64,000 nt of DNA. Source: Myxococcota bacterium. GTDB taxonomy: Bacteria > Myxococcota_A > UBA9160 > UBA6930. The notes beneath the pieces were generated by a model that did not search any database, was not told the origin of the DNA, and worked only from the letters and a program-made list of their open reading frames with translations. Made by a program: the position numbers and the translations under genes. The stretch lies in the NCBI GenBank assembly GCA_965223415.1, contig OZ245002.1, positions 2,368,001 through 2,432,000 on the forward strand, read 5' to 3'. Positions 18,113 to 28,118 of the stretch are shown here, in pieces. Position 1 is the first letter of the stretch. Every line of letters starts with the position of its first letter.

Positions 18113-19396
18113 ATGAGGAGCTTCCCGCCTCTGCCGGGCTGCGCCGCGCTGCTGGCGTGCTTCGGCTTCGCCACGTCTCTCGCCGCCGAGTCGCTCCCGT
18201 CCCCGCTTCCGCTCGTCTGGTGTCTGGAGCGCGCCGCGGTCGCGAACCCGTCGATTGCACACGGCGCGGCGCGCCGGGACGCCGCTCGGGCGCGCGTTCG
18301 GCCCGCGGGGGCCCTGGACGATCCCCGCATCCGCTACGAGGCGAGCAACGTTCCGGTCGGTGATCTGGACTTCCGCTCGACGCCGCTGTCCGGCCATCAG
18401 CTCGGTCTGAGCCAACGCTTGCCGTTTCCCGGGCTGCTCGCGAACCGCGAGGCCGCGGCCGAGGCCGGCGCCGAGGCCGCCGCGTTCGCGCTCGAGGACC
18501 GGGAGCTCGCCATCGCTGCGGCGGTAGAGACCGCCTGGGCCGAGCTTGGCTTCGCTCAGCGCGCGTTCGACATCACGGACCGCAACATCGACCTGCTCAA
18601 GCGGCTCGTGCAGGCCGCTGAGGCGCGGTACCGGGTCGGCTCGGGCCTCCAGCAGGACGTCCTCCGCGCCCAGGTCGAGCTGACGGCCCTCCTTGCCGAG
18701 AAGCTGACCCGTCAGGCGTGGATCGAACGCGCCTCCGGAGCCCTCGAGTCCCTCCTCGACCTTCCGGCAAAGACGTCCTTCCCGCGCACGGAGGGCCTCT
18801 CGGATGCCGCGACCGTTCCACAGCTCCCGCACCTCGCCGAGGAACTCGAGACCCGGAACGCGCGGCTCCTCTCGCTCGCTTCCGACGTGCGGGAGGCGGA
18901 GCGACTCGTCCGGGTGGCGGAGCTGGAGGGCTATCCGGACTTCGATCTCGGGCTCGGCTACCGCGTTCGTCACGCCGTAGGCGGCGACGCGGTCCGGGGC
19001 GACGACTTCCTGGGGGCCTTCGTAAGCGTTCGCCTTCCGGTGAACCGTGCCAAGTGGCACGACCGGGCGGCCGAGCGCCGAGCTCTCCTCCGACGTTCAC
19101 AGGCCGCCTACCGCGGTGCGCGTGCCGAGCTGCACGGCGCGTTGCGGACGGCGTACGCCGAGCTGGTGCGCGCCGATGCCGAGCGTACTCTGCTTCGCAC
19201 CGGCCTCGTGCCCCAGGCCCGCCAGTCCCTCGATTCGAGCCGCTCGGCCTACGCGGTCGGGCGCATCGATTTCCCGGCCTTGCTCGACAGCCAGGTGCGC
19301 TTCCATTCGGCGGAGCTCCGCCTGGTCCGCGCCGAGGCGGATCGCCGACAGGCCTACGCGGCCCTCGAGGTCGCAGCCGGGGAGAACCTCCGATGA
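18113..19396 (+). CDS. cusC: Outer-membrane efflux factor (TolC/CusC-like)
   Basis: SQRLPFPG, QQDVLRAQVEL, YAVGRIDF; AGGAGA RBS; precedes MFP and RND genes. Confidence 0.85.
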   Translation: MRSFPPLPGCAALLACFGFATSLAAESLPSPLPLVWCLERAAVANPSIAHGAARRDAARARVRPAGALDDPRIRYEASNVPVGDLDFRSTPLSGHQLGLSQRLPFPGLLANREAAAEAGAEAAAFALEDRELAIAAAVETAWAELGFAQRAFDITDRNIDLLKRLVQAAEARYRVGSGLQQDVLRAQVELTALLAEKLTRQAWIERASGALESLLDLPAKTSFPRTEGLSDAATVPQLPHLAEELETRNARLLSLASDVREAERLVRVAELEGYPDFDLGLGYRVRHAVGGDAVRGDDFLGAFVSVRLPVNRAKWHDRAAERRALLRRSQAAYRGARAELHGALRTAYAELVRADAERTLLRTGLVPQARQSLDSSRSAYAVGRIDFPALLDSQVRFHSAELRLVRAEADRRQAYAALEVAAGENLR

Positions 19397-20844
19397 GTCG
19401 CAACACCCTCTTCTCGGTCTTCGCCGTCTTCCTGGGGCTCGCCGCTGGCTGGTGGGGTCGCAGCGTCCTGGGCGGCGAGCAGGCCCACGACGCCTCGCCC
19501 GCCGCGTCCGAGGGCGGGCCCTGTCGAGGCGGCACTGCTCCCCTGTACTGGAAGGCTCCGATGGACCCCACCTACATCCGGCAGCAGCCGGGCATGTCTC
19601 CGATGGGCATGGACCTGGTGCCCGTGTGTCCCGGCGAGGCCGGGGCGCCCTCGGAAGGCGCCGTCGAGATCGATCCCCACACCGTCCAGAACATCGGCGT
19701 CCGCACGCAGACCGTGACCCGCCGTGATCTCGCCCGCTCGATCCGCGCGGTGGGCCGCGTCGTCTACGACGAGCGGCGAGTGGAGCACGTCCACACCAAG
19801 GTGCAGGGCTGGGTCGAGCGGCTCCACGTGGACTTCGTGGGCCAGGAGGTGCGGCGCGGGCAGCCCCTCCTCGAGGTCTACTCCCCGGAGCTGGTCGCGA
19901 CCCAGGAGGAGCTGCTCGTCGCTGCACGCTATCGGGAGGCCACGAGCACGAGCCCCTTCGAAGACGTGCGGGGAGGGGGCGCCTCCCTCTACGAGGCCAC
20001 GCGGCGCCGTCTCGAGCTGTGGGACATCCCGGATCGGGACATCGACCGGCTCCTCGAGACGGGCGAGATCCAGAAGACGCTCACCATGTATGCGCCCACC
20101 CGCGGCGTCGTCACCTCGCTCGGAGTGCGCGCCGGCATGGAGGTCGGGCCGAACCAGAACCTCTACACCATCGCCGACCTGTCGCAGGTCTGGGTGGTCG
20201 CCGACGTCTACGAGTACGAGCTCCCGTGGCTCGCCCTCGGCCAGACCGGCACCGTCGAGCTCGCGTACCTTCCCGGCAAGACGTTCTCCGGCCCGCTCAC
20301 CTACGTATCGCCGTTCCTCGACTCGAAGACCCGCACCGCCGAGGTGCGACTCGAGCTCCCCAACCCGGACGGAGCGCTCCGGCCGGAGATGTTCGGGAAC
20401 ATGATCATCCGCGGTGCGCCGCGCGAAGCGGTCGTCGCAGTCCCTTCCGAGGCCGTGATCCGATCCGGGCGGCGGAGCCTCGTCGTCGTCGCGCTCGGCG
20501 AGGGGCGCTTCGCCCCGCGTCCCGTCTCCATGGGCCTCGACTCGGGTGACGGCTGGCTCGAGGTGCAAGGCGGGTTGTCGGCCGGCGAGGAGATCGTCGT
20601 ATCGAGCCACTTCCTGATCGACAGCGAGAGCAACCTCCAGGAGGCCGTCCGCAAGCTTCTCGCCGCCGGCGCTCCGGAGGGCGAGGGGCACGCGGGTCAC
20701 GAGATGCCGTCGGCCGCGGATCCGCACGCGGGTCACGAGATGCCGTCGGCCGCGGATCCGCACGCGGGTCACGAGATGCCGGGGGCATCGGACGCGCCTC
20801 CAGCCGGTGACCAAGGCGGTGCCCACGACGGCGGCCAGGAGTAG
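19393..20844 (+). CDS. cusB: Heavy-metal RND periplasmic adaptor
   Basis: YWKAPMDP..SPMGMDLVP metal-binding domain, YSPELVATQEE, FLIDSESNL. Confidence 0.9.
   Translation: MSRNTLFSVFAVFLGLAAGWWGRSVLGGEQAHDASPAASEGGPCRGGTAPLYWKAPMDPTYIRQQPGMSPMGMDLVPVCPGEAGAPSEGAVEIDPHTVQNIGVRTQTVTRRDLARSIRAVGRVVYDERRVEHVHTKVQGWVERLHVDFVGQEVRRGQPLLEVYSPELVATQEELLVAARYREATSTSPFEDVRGGGASLYEATRRRLELWDIPDRDIDRLLETGEIQKTLTMYAPTRGVVTSLGVRAGMEVGPNQNLYTIADLSQVWVVADVYEYELPWLALGQTGTVELAYLPGKTFSGPLTYVSPFLDSKTRTAEVRLELPNPDGALRPEMFGNMIIRGAPREAVVAVPSEAVIRSGRRSLVVVALGEGRFAPRPVSMGLDSGDGWLEVQGGLSAGEEIVVSSHFLIDSESNLQEAVRKLLAAGAPEGEGHAGHEMPSAADPHAGHEMPSAADPHAGHEMPGASDAPPAGDQGGAHDGGQE
20689..20781 (+). repeat. In-frame 36-bp tandem repeat (about 2.6 copies) encoding HAGHEMPSAADP
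   Basis: CACGCGGGTCACGAGATGCCGTCGGCCGCGGATCCG identical at 20689 and 20725, partial at 20761. Confidence 0.95.
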
Positions 20845-20847
20845 GCC

Positions 20848-23800
20848 ATGCTGAAGCGCGTCGTCGAGGCCTCCGCCCGCAACCCCTTCTTCGTCGCCCT
20901 CGGGGTGGCCGTGCTGGTCGCTTGGGGGGGCTACGCCGTCTGGAATACGGCGCTCGATGCGATCCCGGACCTCTCCGACGTCCAGGTCATCGTCTTCACG
21001 GAGTACCCGGGGCAGGCGCCCCAGGTCGTCGAGGACCAGGTCACCTATCCGCTCTCGACGGCGATGCTCGGCGTCCCCCAGGCCGAGGTGGTCCGCGGCT
21101 ACTCCTTCTTCGGTCTCTCTTTCGTCTACGTCATCTTCGACGAGGGGACCGATCTCTACTGGGCGAGGAGCCGGGTCCTCGAGTCCCTGAACTTCGTCTC
21201 CGCTCGCCTTCCCCAGGGCGTCGCGCCCATCCTCGGCCCCGACGCGACCGGCGTCGGCTGGGTGTACGAGTACGCGCTCGTGGACCGGAGCGGGAACCAC
21301 GATCTCTCCGAGCTCCGCTCGATCCAGGACTGGCACCTGCGCTACGAGCTCCAGACGGTGCCCGGCGTGGCAGAGGTGGCCAGCGTCGGAGGCTATGTCC
21401 GCCAATACCAGGTGGAGCTCGACCCGACCAGGCTCGCGGCCCACGCCGTCTCCTTGGGCCAGGTGCGGCGCGCCATCCAGCGGAGCAACAGCGACGTCGG
21501 TGGGCGACTCCTCGAGATGGCCGAGTCGGAGTTCATGATCCGCGGGCGCGGCTACGTCCAATCGGTGCGGGACCTCGAGGAGGTGGCCGTCGGCGTCGAT
21601 CAGCACGGGACGCCGATCCTGCTCCGGAACGTGGGGACCGTCGCGTTGGGTCCGGAGCTCCGCCGGGGCGTCACTGATCTGGACGGGGAAGGCGAGGTCG
21701 CCGCGGGGGTGGTCGTCATGCGCTTCGGTGAGAACGCCCTCGAGACGATCCGGGGCGTCCGGAACCGTCTGGCGGAGCTGGCTGATACGCTTCCGGAGGG
21801 CGTCGAGATCGTCCCCGTCTACGACCGCGCTCCGCTCATCGAGCGCGCTGTCGACAACCTCCGGGGGAAGCTCCTCCAGCAGGGGCTCATCGTCGCGCTG
21901 ATCTGCTTCCTGTTCCTCGTCCACCTGCGGAGTGCACTCGTCGCGATCCTGATCCTTCCGCTGGGCATCCTCTTCTCCTTCATCGTCATGTACCACCAGG
22001 GCATCAACGCGAACATCATGTCCCTGGGTGGCATCGCGATCGCCATCGGGACGATGATCGACGCCGGGATCGTGATGGTCGAGAACGCCCACAAGCACCT
22101 GGAGCGCGACGCGGGCCGCTCCCGGCTCGACGTCCTCGTCGCCGCGGCGTCGGAGGTCGGCCCCTCGCTCTTCTTCTCGCTCCTGATCATCACCGTCTCT
22201 TTCCTGCCCATCTTCGCCCTCGAGGCCCAGGAGGGTCGGCTCTTCAAGCCCCTCGCCTTCACCAAGACCTACGCGATGGCGGGCGCGGCGATTCTCTCCA
22301 TCACCGTGGTGCCCGCGCTCATGGTCTGGCTCGTCCGGGGCCGGATCCTCCCGGAGGCGCGCAACCCCCTGAATCGGCTCGTGCTCCGGCTCTACCGGCC
22401 CGCCCTGCACGGCGCGCTCCGCTTCCGATGGGGAATCCTGGCCGCCGCCTCGGTCGCTGTGGTTGCGACTCTCTACCCACTTCGCCAGCTGGGCGGCGAG
22501 TTCATGCCGCCCCTCGACGAGGGCGACCTGCTCTACATGCCGACCACGCTTCCCGGCGTCTCGGTCACCAAGGCCAAGGAGCTGCTCCAGCAGACGGACC
22601 GCATCATCGCGAGCTTTCCCGAGGTCGAGCGGGTCTTCGGCAAGGTCGGGCGCGCGGAGACCGCCACCGATCCGGCGCCGCTCTCGATGATCGAGACGAC
22701 GATCACGCTCAAGCCGGCGTCCGAGTGGCGGGAGGGCATGACCACTCGGAAGCTCATCGCCGAGCTCGATCGCGCCATCCCCTTCCCCGGCGTCACGAAC
22801 GCCTGGACCATGCCGATCAAGACCCGCATCGACATGCTCTCGACCGGCATCAAGACGCCCGTCGGCATCAAGATCGGGGGGGCCGACCTGACCGAGCTGC
22901 AGCGCATCGGTGCGGACGTGGAAGCTGCGCTCCGCGGCGTCCCCGGGACGCTTAGCGTCTACGCCGAGCGAGTGGTCGGTGGCAACTACCTCGACTTCGA
23001 GATCGACCGGCGTCGCATCGCGCGCTACGGGCTCACGGTGGGGGACGTCCAGGACGTCATCCAGACCGCGATCGGCGGCCAGAACGTGAGCCAGGCGATC
23101 GTGGGCCTCGAGCGCTACCCGGTGAACCTTCGCTACAGCCGGGAGCTTCGCCACGACGTGGCCTCCCTCGAGCGGGTCCTGGTGCCGACCCCCGGCGGTG
23201 CCCAGGTCCCCCTCGCGCAGCTGGCCGACTTCGAGCTGCGCAAGGGCCCTTCCTCCATCAAGACCGAGAACGGCCGGCCCAACGCCTGGGTGTACGTCGA
23301 CCTGGACGGGATCGATGTCGGGAGCTACGTGGCCGCCGCGACGCGAGCGATCGAGGAGCGCGTCGAGCTGCCGCCCGGGTACACGCTCACATGGAGCGGG
23401 CAGTACGAGTACCTGGAGCGTGTGACGGCGCGTCTCTCTCTCATCGTCCCCGTGACGCTCGGGATCATCTTCCTTCTGCTCTACGTGAGCTTCCGTCGCG
23501 TAGGCGACACGCTGATCGTGATCGCCTGCATTCCCTTCGCCCTCGTCGGCGGCGTGGTCCTCCTCTGGCTCCTCGACTACGACTTCAGCGCCGCCGTGGC
23601 CGCCGGCTTCCTGGCCCTTGCCGGACTGACGGCCGAGACGGGCGTCATCATGCTGCTCTTCCTGAACCAGGCGAGGGCCCGCCTCCTCGAGGAAGGCCGG
23701 CTGCGGAACCGGGCGGACCTGTGGAACGCGATCGTCCAGGGTGCCACCGATCGCGCCAGGCCCCTGCTCATGACCGTTGCCTCCGACGTGATCGGCCTGC

Positions 23801-24006
23801 TGCCCATCATGTGGGGTGCGGGCACGGGCTCGGAGACCATGCGCCGGATCGCCGCGCCCATGGTCGGCGGCGTGCTCTCCGCCACCTTCGCCGCGCTCAT
23901 CGTCGTGCCGATCCTCTTCGCGCTCGTCCACGGTCGGGGCCTCGCGGCCGGAGAAGGGGCGCCTAGGCGACCGAGCCCCCGTCGACCACGAGCTCGGTGC
24001 CGGTGA
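20848..24006 (+). CDS. cusA: Cu(I)/Ag(I) RND efflux permease
   Basis: DAIPDLSDVQVI, GPDATGVGWVYEYAL, EFMPPLDEG, WTMPIKTRIDMLSTG. Confidence 0.95.
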   Translation: MLKRVVEASARNPFFVALGVAVLVAWGGYAVWNTALDAIPDLSDVQVIVFTEYPGQAPQVVEDQVTYPLSTAMLGVPQAEVVRGYSFFGLSFVYVIFDEGTDLYWARSRVLESLNFVSARLPQGVAPILGPDATGVGWVYEYALVDRSGNHDLSELRSIQDWHLRYELQTVPGVAEVASVGGYVRQYQVELDPTRLAAHAVSLGQVRRAIQRSNSDVGGRLLEMAESEFMIRGRGYVQSVRDLEEVAVGVDQHGTPILLRNVGTVALGPELRRGVTDLDGEGEVAAGVVVMRFGENALETIRGVRNRLAELADTLPEGVEIVPVYDRAPLIERAVDNLRGKLLQQGLIVALICFLFLVHLRSALVAILILPLGILFSFIVMYHQGINANIMSLGGIAIAIGTMIDAGIVMVENAHKHLERDAGRSRLDVLVAAASEVGPSLFFSLLIITVSFLPIFALEAQEGRLFKPLAFTKTYAMAGAAILSITVVPALMVWLVRGRILPEARNPLNRLVLRLYRPALHGALRFRWGILAAASVAVVATLYPLRQLGGEFMPPLDEGDLLYMPTTLPGVSVTKAKELLQQTDRIIASFPEVERVFGKVGRAETATDPAPLSMIETTITLKPASEWREGMTTRKLIAELDRAIPFPGVTNAWTMPIKTRIDMLSTGIKTPVGIKIGGADLTELQRIGADVEAALRGVPGTLSVYAERVVGGNYLDFEIDRRRIARYGLTVGDVQDVIQTAIGGQNVSQAIVGLERYPVNLRYSRELRHDVASLERVLVPTPGGAQVPLAQLADFELRKGPSSIKTENGRPNAWVYVDLDGIDVGSYVAAATRAIEERVELPPGYTLTWSGQYEYLERVTARLSLIVPVTLGIIFLLLYVSFRRVGDTLIVIACIPFALVGGVVLLWLLDYDFSAAVAAGFLALAGLTAETGVIMLLFLNQARARLLEEGRLRNRADLWNAIVQGATDRARPLLMTVASDVIGLLPIMWGAGTGSETMRRIAAPMVGGVLSATFAALIVVPILFALVHGRGLAAGEGAPRRPSPRRPRARCR

Positions 24007-24709
24007 CGTAGGCCGACGCGTCCGAGAGCAGGAACAGCACCGCGTCGGAGATGTCGTCCTTCGTCCCGTAGCGCTGGATCGGGAACGCCTTCGCGGCCTC
24101 GGCGATGGTCTCGCGGTCCCGGGTCGAGCCGAACATCCCCGTCTCCTCGATGCCGCCCGGGTGGATCGAGTTCACCCGGATCCCGTCGGGGCCCAGCTCC
24201 ACGGCCGCGGCCTTCGTGAGCCCGCGCACCGCCCACTTGGAGGTCATGTAGGAGCTGAGGCCCGGGAAGGCCTTCAGCCCCGCGGTCGACGAGATGTTCA
24301 CGATCGAGCCGCCCTCCCCCGCGCGCAGCAGCGGTGCCGCTTTGCGGATTCCCCACCAGGTGCCGACGACGTTCACGCGCAGCAGCCGCTCGAAGCCTTC
24401 CGGGTCCTCCTCTTCGAGGAGCGCCTGGCGCAGCAAGGCGGCGTTGTTCACCAGGCCATCGAGGCCTCCGAAGCGGTCGCGGGCCAGGGACACGGCGCGG
24501 TCCCAGTCCTCCTCGCGGGAGACGTCCTGGGCCACGAAGGCGGCGGCGTCGCCGAGCTCCTTGGCGACGGCACGCCCCGCCTCCTCGGCCACGTCGGTGA
24601 GCACGACGCGGGCGCCGGCCGCCACGAGCCGCCGCGCGTGGTTCTCGCCCATTCCCCGGGCGGCACCGGTCACGAGCACGACCTTGCCGTCGAGCTGCTG
24701 CATCGCCAT
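23963..24709 (-). CDS. SDR oxidoreductase (3alpha,20beta-HSD-like)
   Basis: TGAARGMG, NNA, YxxSK, RVNSIHPG. Confidence 0.92.
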   Translation of the reverse strand: MAMQQLDGKVVLVTGAARGMGENHARRLVAAGARVVLTDVAEEAGRAVAKELGDAAAFVAQDVSREEDWDRAVSLARDRFGGLDGLVNNAALLRQALLEEEDPEGFERLLRVNVVGTWWGIRKAAPLLRAGEGGSIVNISSTAGLKAFPGLSSYMTSKWAVRGLTKAAAVELGPDGIRVNSIHPGGIEETGMFGSTRDRETIAEAAKAFPIQRYGTKDDISDAVLFLLSDASAYVTGTELVVDGGSVA

Positions 24710-24716
24710 GGGACGG

Positions 24717-26285
24717 CTAGACGATCGCCCGATCGTGGCCTTCCCAGTACGGGTCGCGGAGCTTCCGCTTGTAGAGCTTGCCGTTCGGGTCGCGGGGCAT
24801 CTCGGTGGTGAAGTCGATCGAGCGCGGCCACTTCTGCTTGGCCATGCGGTCCTGGTAGTAGGCGACGATGTCGTCCTTCACCGCGTCCGAGGGCTCGGTT
24901 CCGGGCATCAGCTCGATCACCGCCTTGATCTCCTCGCCGGTGTCCTCGTTGGGCACGCCGAAGACCGCCACGTCCTGCACCTTCTCGTGCTGCTGGATCA
25001 CGCCCTCGATCTCGGCCGGGTAGATGTTCACCCCGCCGGCGATGATCATGTCGTTCGCCCGGTCGTTCAGGAAGAGGTAGCCGTCCTCGTTGAAGTAGCC
25101 GATGTCGCCGACGGTGAAGAAGCCCTTCATGCGGGCCTTGTCTGTCTTCGCGTCGTCCTTGTAGTACTTGAACTCGTTACCGCCCATGCGCATGTAGATC
25201 GTGCCGCTCGCGCCGGTGGGCATCTCGTTGCCGTCGTCGTCGAAGATCACGACCTCGGAGTTGGGCCAGGCCTTGCCGACGGTGCCCGGGTACTTGCGCC
25301 ACTCCTCGGGCGAGACGATCGTGCCGCCGCCCTCGGTGGCCGCGTAGTACTCCCAGATCACGTCGCCCCACCAGTCGAACATCTTCCACTTGGTTTCGAC
25401 CGGGCACGGCGCCGCGGCGTGGATCATCGTGCGCAGGGACGAGACGTCGTACTTCGCGCGGACCTCGTCCGGCAGCTTCAGCAGCCGGTTGAACATGGTC
25501 GGGACCATGTGCGAGTAGGTGACCTCGTACTTCTCGATGCGCTCGAGCGCGCCCTCCGGCGTCCACCTGCCCATCAGGACCACCGGGTGGCCCCAGTGCA
25601 GCGCCGTGATCGTCCAGTTGTTCACCGCCGTGTGGTAGAGCGGCGCCTGGGTGATCTCGACGTGGCCGTCGTGGGGCTGGATGCCGAACAGCAGGAACAG
25701 CATCCCGGCCATCTTGGCCATGTCGTCGGGGTGGGCTTCGGGCAGGTCGCGGCGCACGCCCTTGGGCCGGCCGGTGGTGCCCGAGGTGTAGAACATGAAG
25801 GAGCCGGCCTGGAGATCGTCGGGGCGGGTGCTCGGCTGGCTGGCGGTCAGCTCCGCGAGGGGCCGGAAGCCCGGCACGTCGCCGATCGCGAAGAGGCGCT
25901 GCGGGTCCAGGGTGCCCGCCTCGTCGACGGCGCGACGGGACTCGGCGGCGAATTGTTCGTGGGTGACGTAGATCTTCGTCTCGGCGTCCTGGAGGATGTA
26001 GGCGATCTCGGGCCCGACCAGGTGCCAGTTGATGGTCGTGATGTAGAGGCCGGTCTGGAAGGCCGCGAGGCCGAGGGCGACCTGCTCGATCGAGTTGGGC
26101 AGGGTGGTGGCGACGTGATCGCCGCGCTCGAGGCCCAGGGCGCGGAAGCCGTGGGAGATCCGGTTCACCAGCTCGAAGAGCTCGCCGAAGGTGATCTCCT
26201 TGTAGTCCGGATCGGCGATGGCGAGACGGTCCGGCTCTTCCTGGGCAATGGCCCAGAAGCCGGTGGTGGGGGAGGCGTCGCTCAC
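24717..26285 (-). CDS. Acyl-CoA synthetase (AMP-forming)
   Basis: YTSGTTGRPKG, EYYAATEG, GDIGY, NIYPAEIE, NGKLYK. Confidence 0.93.
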   Translation of the reverse strand: MSDASPTTGFWAIAQEEPDRLAIADPDYKEITFGELFELVNRISHGFRALGLERGDHVATTLPNSIEQVALGLAAFQTGLYITTINWHLVGPEIAYILQDAETKIYVTHEQFAAESRRAVDEAGTLDPQRLFAIGDVPGFRPLAELTASQPSTRPDDLQAGSFMFYTSGTTGRPKGVRRDLPEAHPDDMAKMAGMLFLLFGIQPHDGHVEITQAPLYHTAVNNWTITALHWGHPVVLMGRWTPEGALERIEKYEVTYSHMVPTMFNRLLKLPDEVRAKYDVSSLRTMIHAAAPCPVETKWKMFDWWGDVIWEYYAATEGGGTIVSPEEWRKYPGTVGKAWPNSEVVIFDDDGNEMPTGASGTIYMRMGGNEFKYYKDDAKTDKARMKGFFTVGDIGYFNEDGYLFLNDRANDMIIAGGVNIYPAEIEGVIQQHEKVQDVAVFGVPNEDTGEEIKAVIELMPGTEPSDAVKDDIVAYYQDRMAKQKWPRSIDFTTEMPRDPNGKLYKRKLRDPYWEGHDRAIV

Positions 26286-26326
26286 GGGGTTCTCCTTGCG
26301 CTCGGTCGTCGCAGCGGCGGACGATG

Positions 26327-26749
26327 TTAGCGGGGCTCGAACGCCCGGTCCTCCTCCCAGTCCACGACCAGGAGACGCTCGGAGAACCGCCACGAGTCCT
26401 CCTTCTTCGTGAAGCGATCGCGGTAGCGGATCGCCATCGTGAAGATCCGCGGCGTTCCGTCCTTCTCGTAGCGATGCCGAGCCAGGCACGGCGTGACGCC
26501 GTGGGCCTCCTCGGAGCCGCCCTCGAGGCTCGGCAAGCCGACCAGGTGGTGGGTGGCGTCGTAGCGTTCGATCGTGCGGAATCCCCGCACGATCGCCTCG
26601 CGGCCCTGGAGGCGGGCGTTGCCGTACACGAGCACCGCATCCTCGTGGAAGAGGGTGCCGAGGCGGTCGTAGTCCCGGGCGTCCACGCCCCGGGCGTAGG
26701 CGGCGACGTGCTCCTGGATCGCCAGCCGGTCGTCGGGAGAGAGAGCCAT
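26327..26749 (-). CDS. SnoaL/NTF2-like protein
   Basis: YARGVD, THH, YRDRF..WRF pattern. Confidence 0.85.
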   Translation of the reverse strand: MALSPDDRLAIQEHVAAYARGVDARDYDRLGTLFHEDAVLVYGNARLQGREAIVRGFRTIERYDATHHLVGLPSLEGGSEEAHGVTPCLARHRYEKDGTPRIFTMAIRYRDRFTKKEDSWRFSERLLVVDWEEDRAFEPR

Positions 26750-26871
26750 CCGGCCGGGAAGGGTAGGGCATCCTCCGGGCGAGCCGGCCCCTCACCCTGC
26801 GGCGCTTCCCCGACATGGGCGCCTTCGTCGGCTGAGCTGGCCTACGTTCGGTGGGATCCGGAGGTATCGAC

Positions 26872-28095
26872 ATGACCGACATCATGCGCGGCATCCGCGT
26901 TCTCGAGGTGGCCCAGTGGTGGTTCGTTCCCGCCGCGGGCGCGCTCCTCGCCGATTGGGGCGCGGACGTCATCAAGGTGGAGCATCCCGAGGGCGGCGAT
27001 GGGCAGCGCGGGCTGATCGCTTCCGGCCTCGTCTCCGCCACCGGTGGCGTGAACTTCATGATGGAGCAGTCGAACCGGGGCAAGCGCAGCGTCGGCATCG
27101 ACATCGGGCATCCGGACGGACGCGAGCTGATCTACCGCCTCGCCGAGACCAGCGACGTGTTCCTGACGAACTTCCTGCCGCCGGCGCGCAAGAAGCTTGA
27201 GATCGACGTGGAGCACATCCGGGCGCGGAACCCGGAGATCATCTACGTGCGCGGCAGCGGGCAGGGCGTGCGCGGGCCCCACGCGGAGAAGGCCGGCTAC
27301 GACGCGGTCTCCTTCTGGGCCCGCGGCGGCATCGGCGACGCCCTCACCCGGCCCTTCGACGACGTGCCCGTCGGGCCCCGGGCCGCCTTCGGCGATTCGA
27401 TCGGCGCCATGACCATCGCCGGCGGCATCTCCGCGGCGCTCTTCCGTCGCGCCCAGCACGGAGAGACATCGGTGGTGGACGTCTCGCTGCTCTCGACGGC
27501 CATGTGGACCCTCGGCCCGGACCTCGTCGCCAGCAAGCTGATGGGCTTCGACAAGATGGGCGTGGGCATGGGCTCGAAGGACGCGGCTCCCCCGAACCCG
27601 GTCGTCAACTCCTATCAGACGAAGGACGATCGCTGGATCATGCTGAACCTGCTCCAGGCGGATCGCTGGTGGCCGGACTTCTGTCGGCACATCGACCGCC
27701 CGGAGCTCGTCTCCGACGATCGCTTCGCGGACATGAAGGCGCGCTTCGAGAACCGGGAGGCCTGCGTGCAGATCCTCCGCGAGGCGTTCCGCGAGCGGAC
27801 CTACGAGGAGTGGAAGCAGAAGCTCGATACGATGGAGGGCGCCTGGGCCCCGTGGCAGACCCCGAAGGAGGCCACGGAGGATCCCCAGACCCTCGCCAAC
27901 GGCTACATGCCCGAGGTGACCTCCGCCGACGGCAAGACCTTCCACCTCGTCGCCAACCCGATCCAGTTCGACGAGAACGCCCCCGCGCTCAGCCCCGCGC
28001 CCGAGCACGGCCAGCACACCGAAGAGGTGCTGATGGAGCTCGGGCTCGCCTGGGACGACATCGCCCGCCACAAGGAGACCGGCGCCGTTCTCTAG
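26872..28095 (+). CDS. Family III CoA transferase (CaiB/BaiF)
   Basis: LADWGADVIKVE, NRGKRS, FGD, APEHGQHT. Confidence 0.93.
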   Translation: MTDIMRGIRVLEVAQWWFVPAAGALLADWGADVIKVEHPEGGDGQRGLIASGLVSATGGVNFMMEQSNRGKRSVGIDIGHPDGRELIYRLAETSDVFLTNFLPPARKKLEIDVEHIRARNPEIIYVRGSGQGVRGPHAEKAGYDAVSFWARGGIGDALTRPFDDVPVGPRAAFGDSIGAMTIAGGISAALFRRAQHGETSVVDVSLLSTAMWTLGPDLVASKLMGFDKMGVGMGSKDAAPPNPVVNSYQTKDDRWIMLNLLQADRWWPDFCRHIDRPELVSDDRFADMKARFENREACVQILREAFRERTYEEWKQKLDTMEGAWAPWQTPKEATEDPQTLANGYMPEVTSADGKTFHLVANPIQFDENAPALSPAPEHGQHTEEVLMELGLAWDDIARHKETGAVL

Positions 28096-28096
28096 A

Positions 28097-28118
28097 TGCA
28101 ACGCCCCCGGTTGCGTTC
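28097..28118. repeat. Short hairpin / degenerate arm-type element between convergent genes
   Basis: GCAAC-N7-GTTGC, containing the GTTGCGTT arm also seen at 38565 and 51307. Confidence 0.4.

Noticed and set aside
19354..23931. 1525-aa minus-strand ORF and many other long overlapping ORFs (e.g. 787-3858, 35597-38407, 48909-51545)
   Set aside because: Shadow frames of real genes in high-GC DNA; Arg/Gly/Pro-rich or antisense-type composition with no motifs
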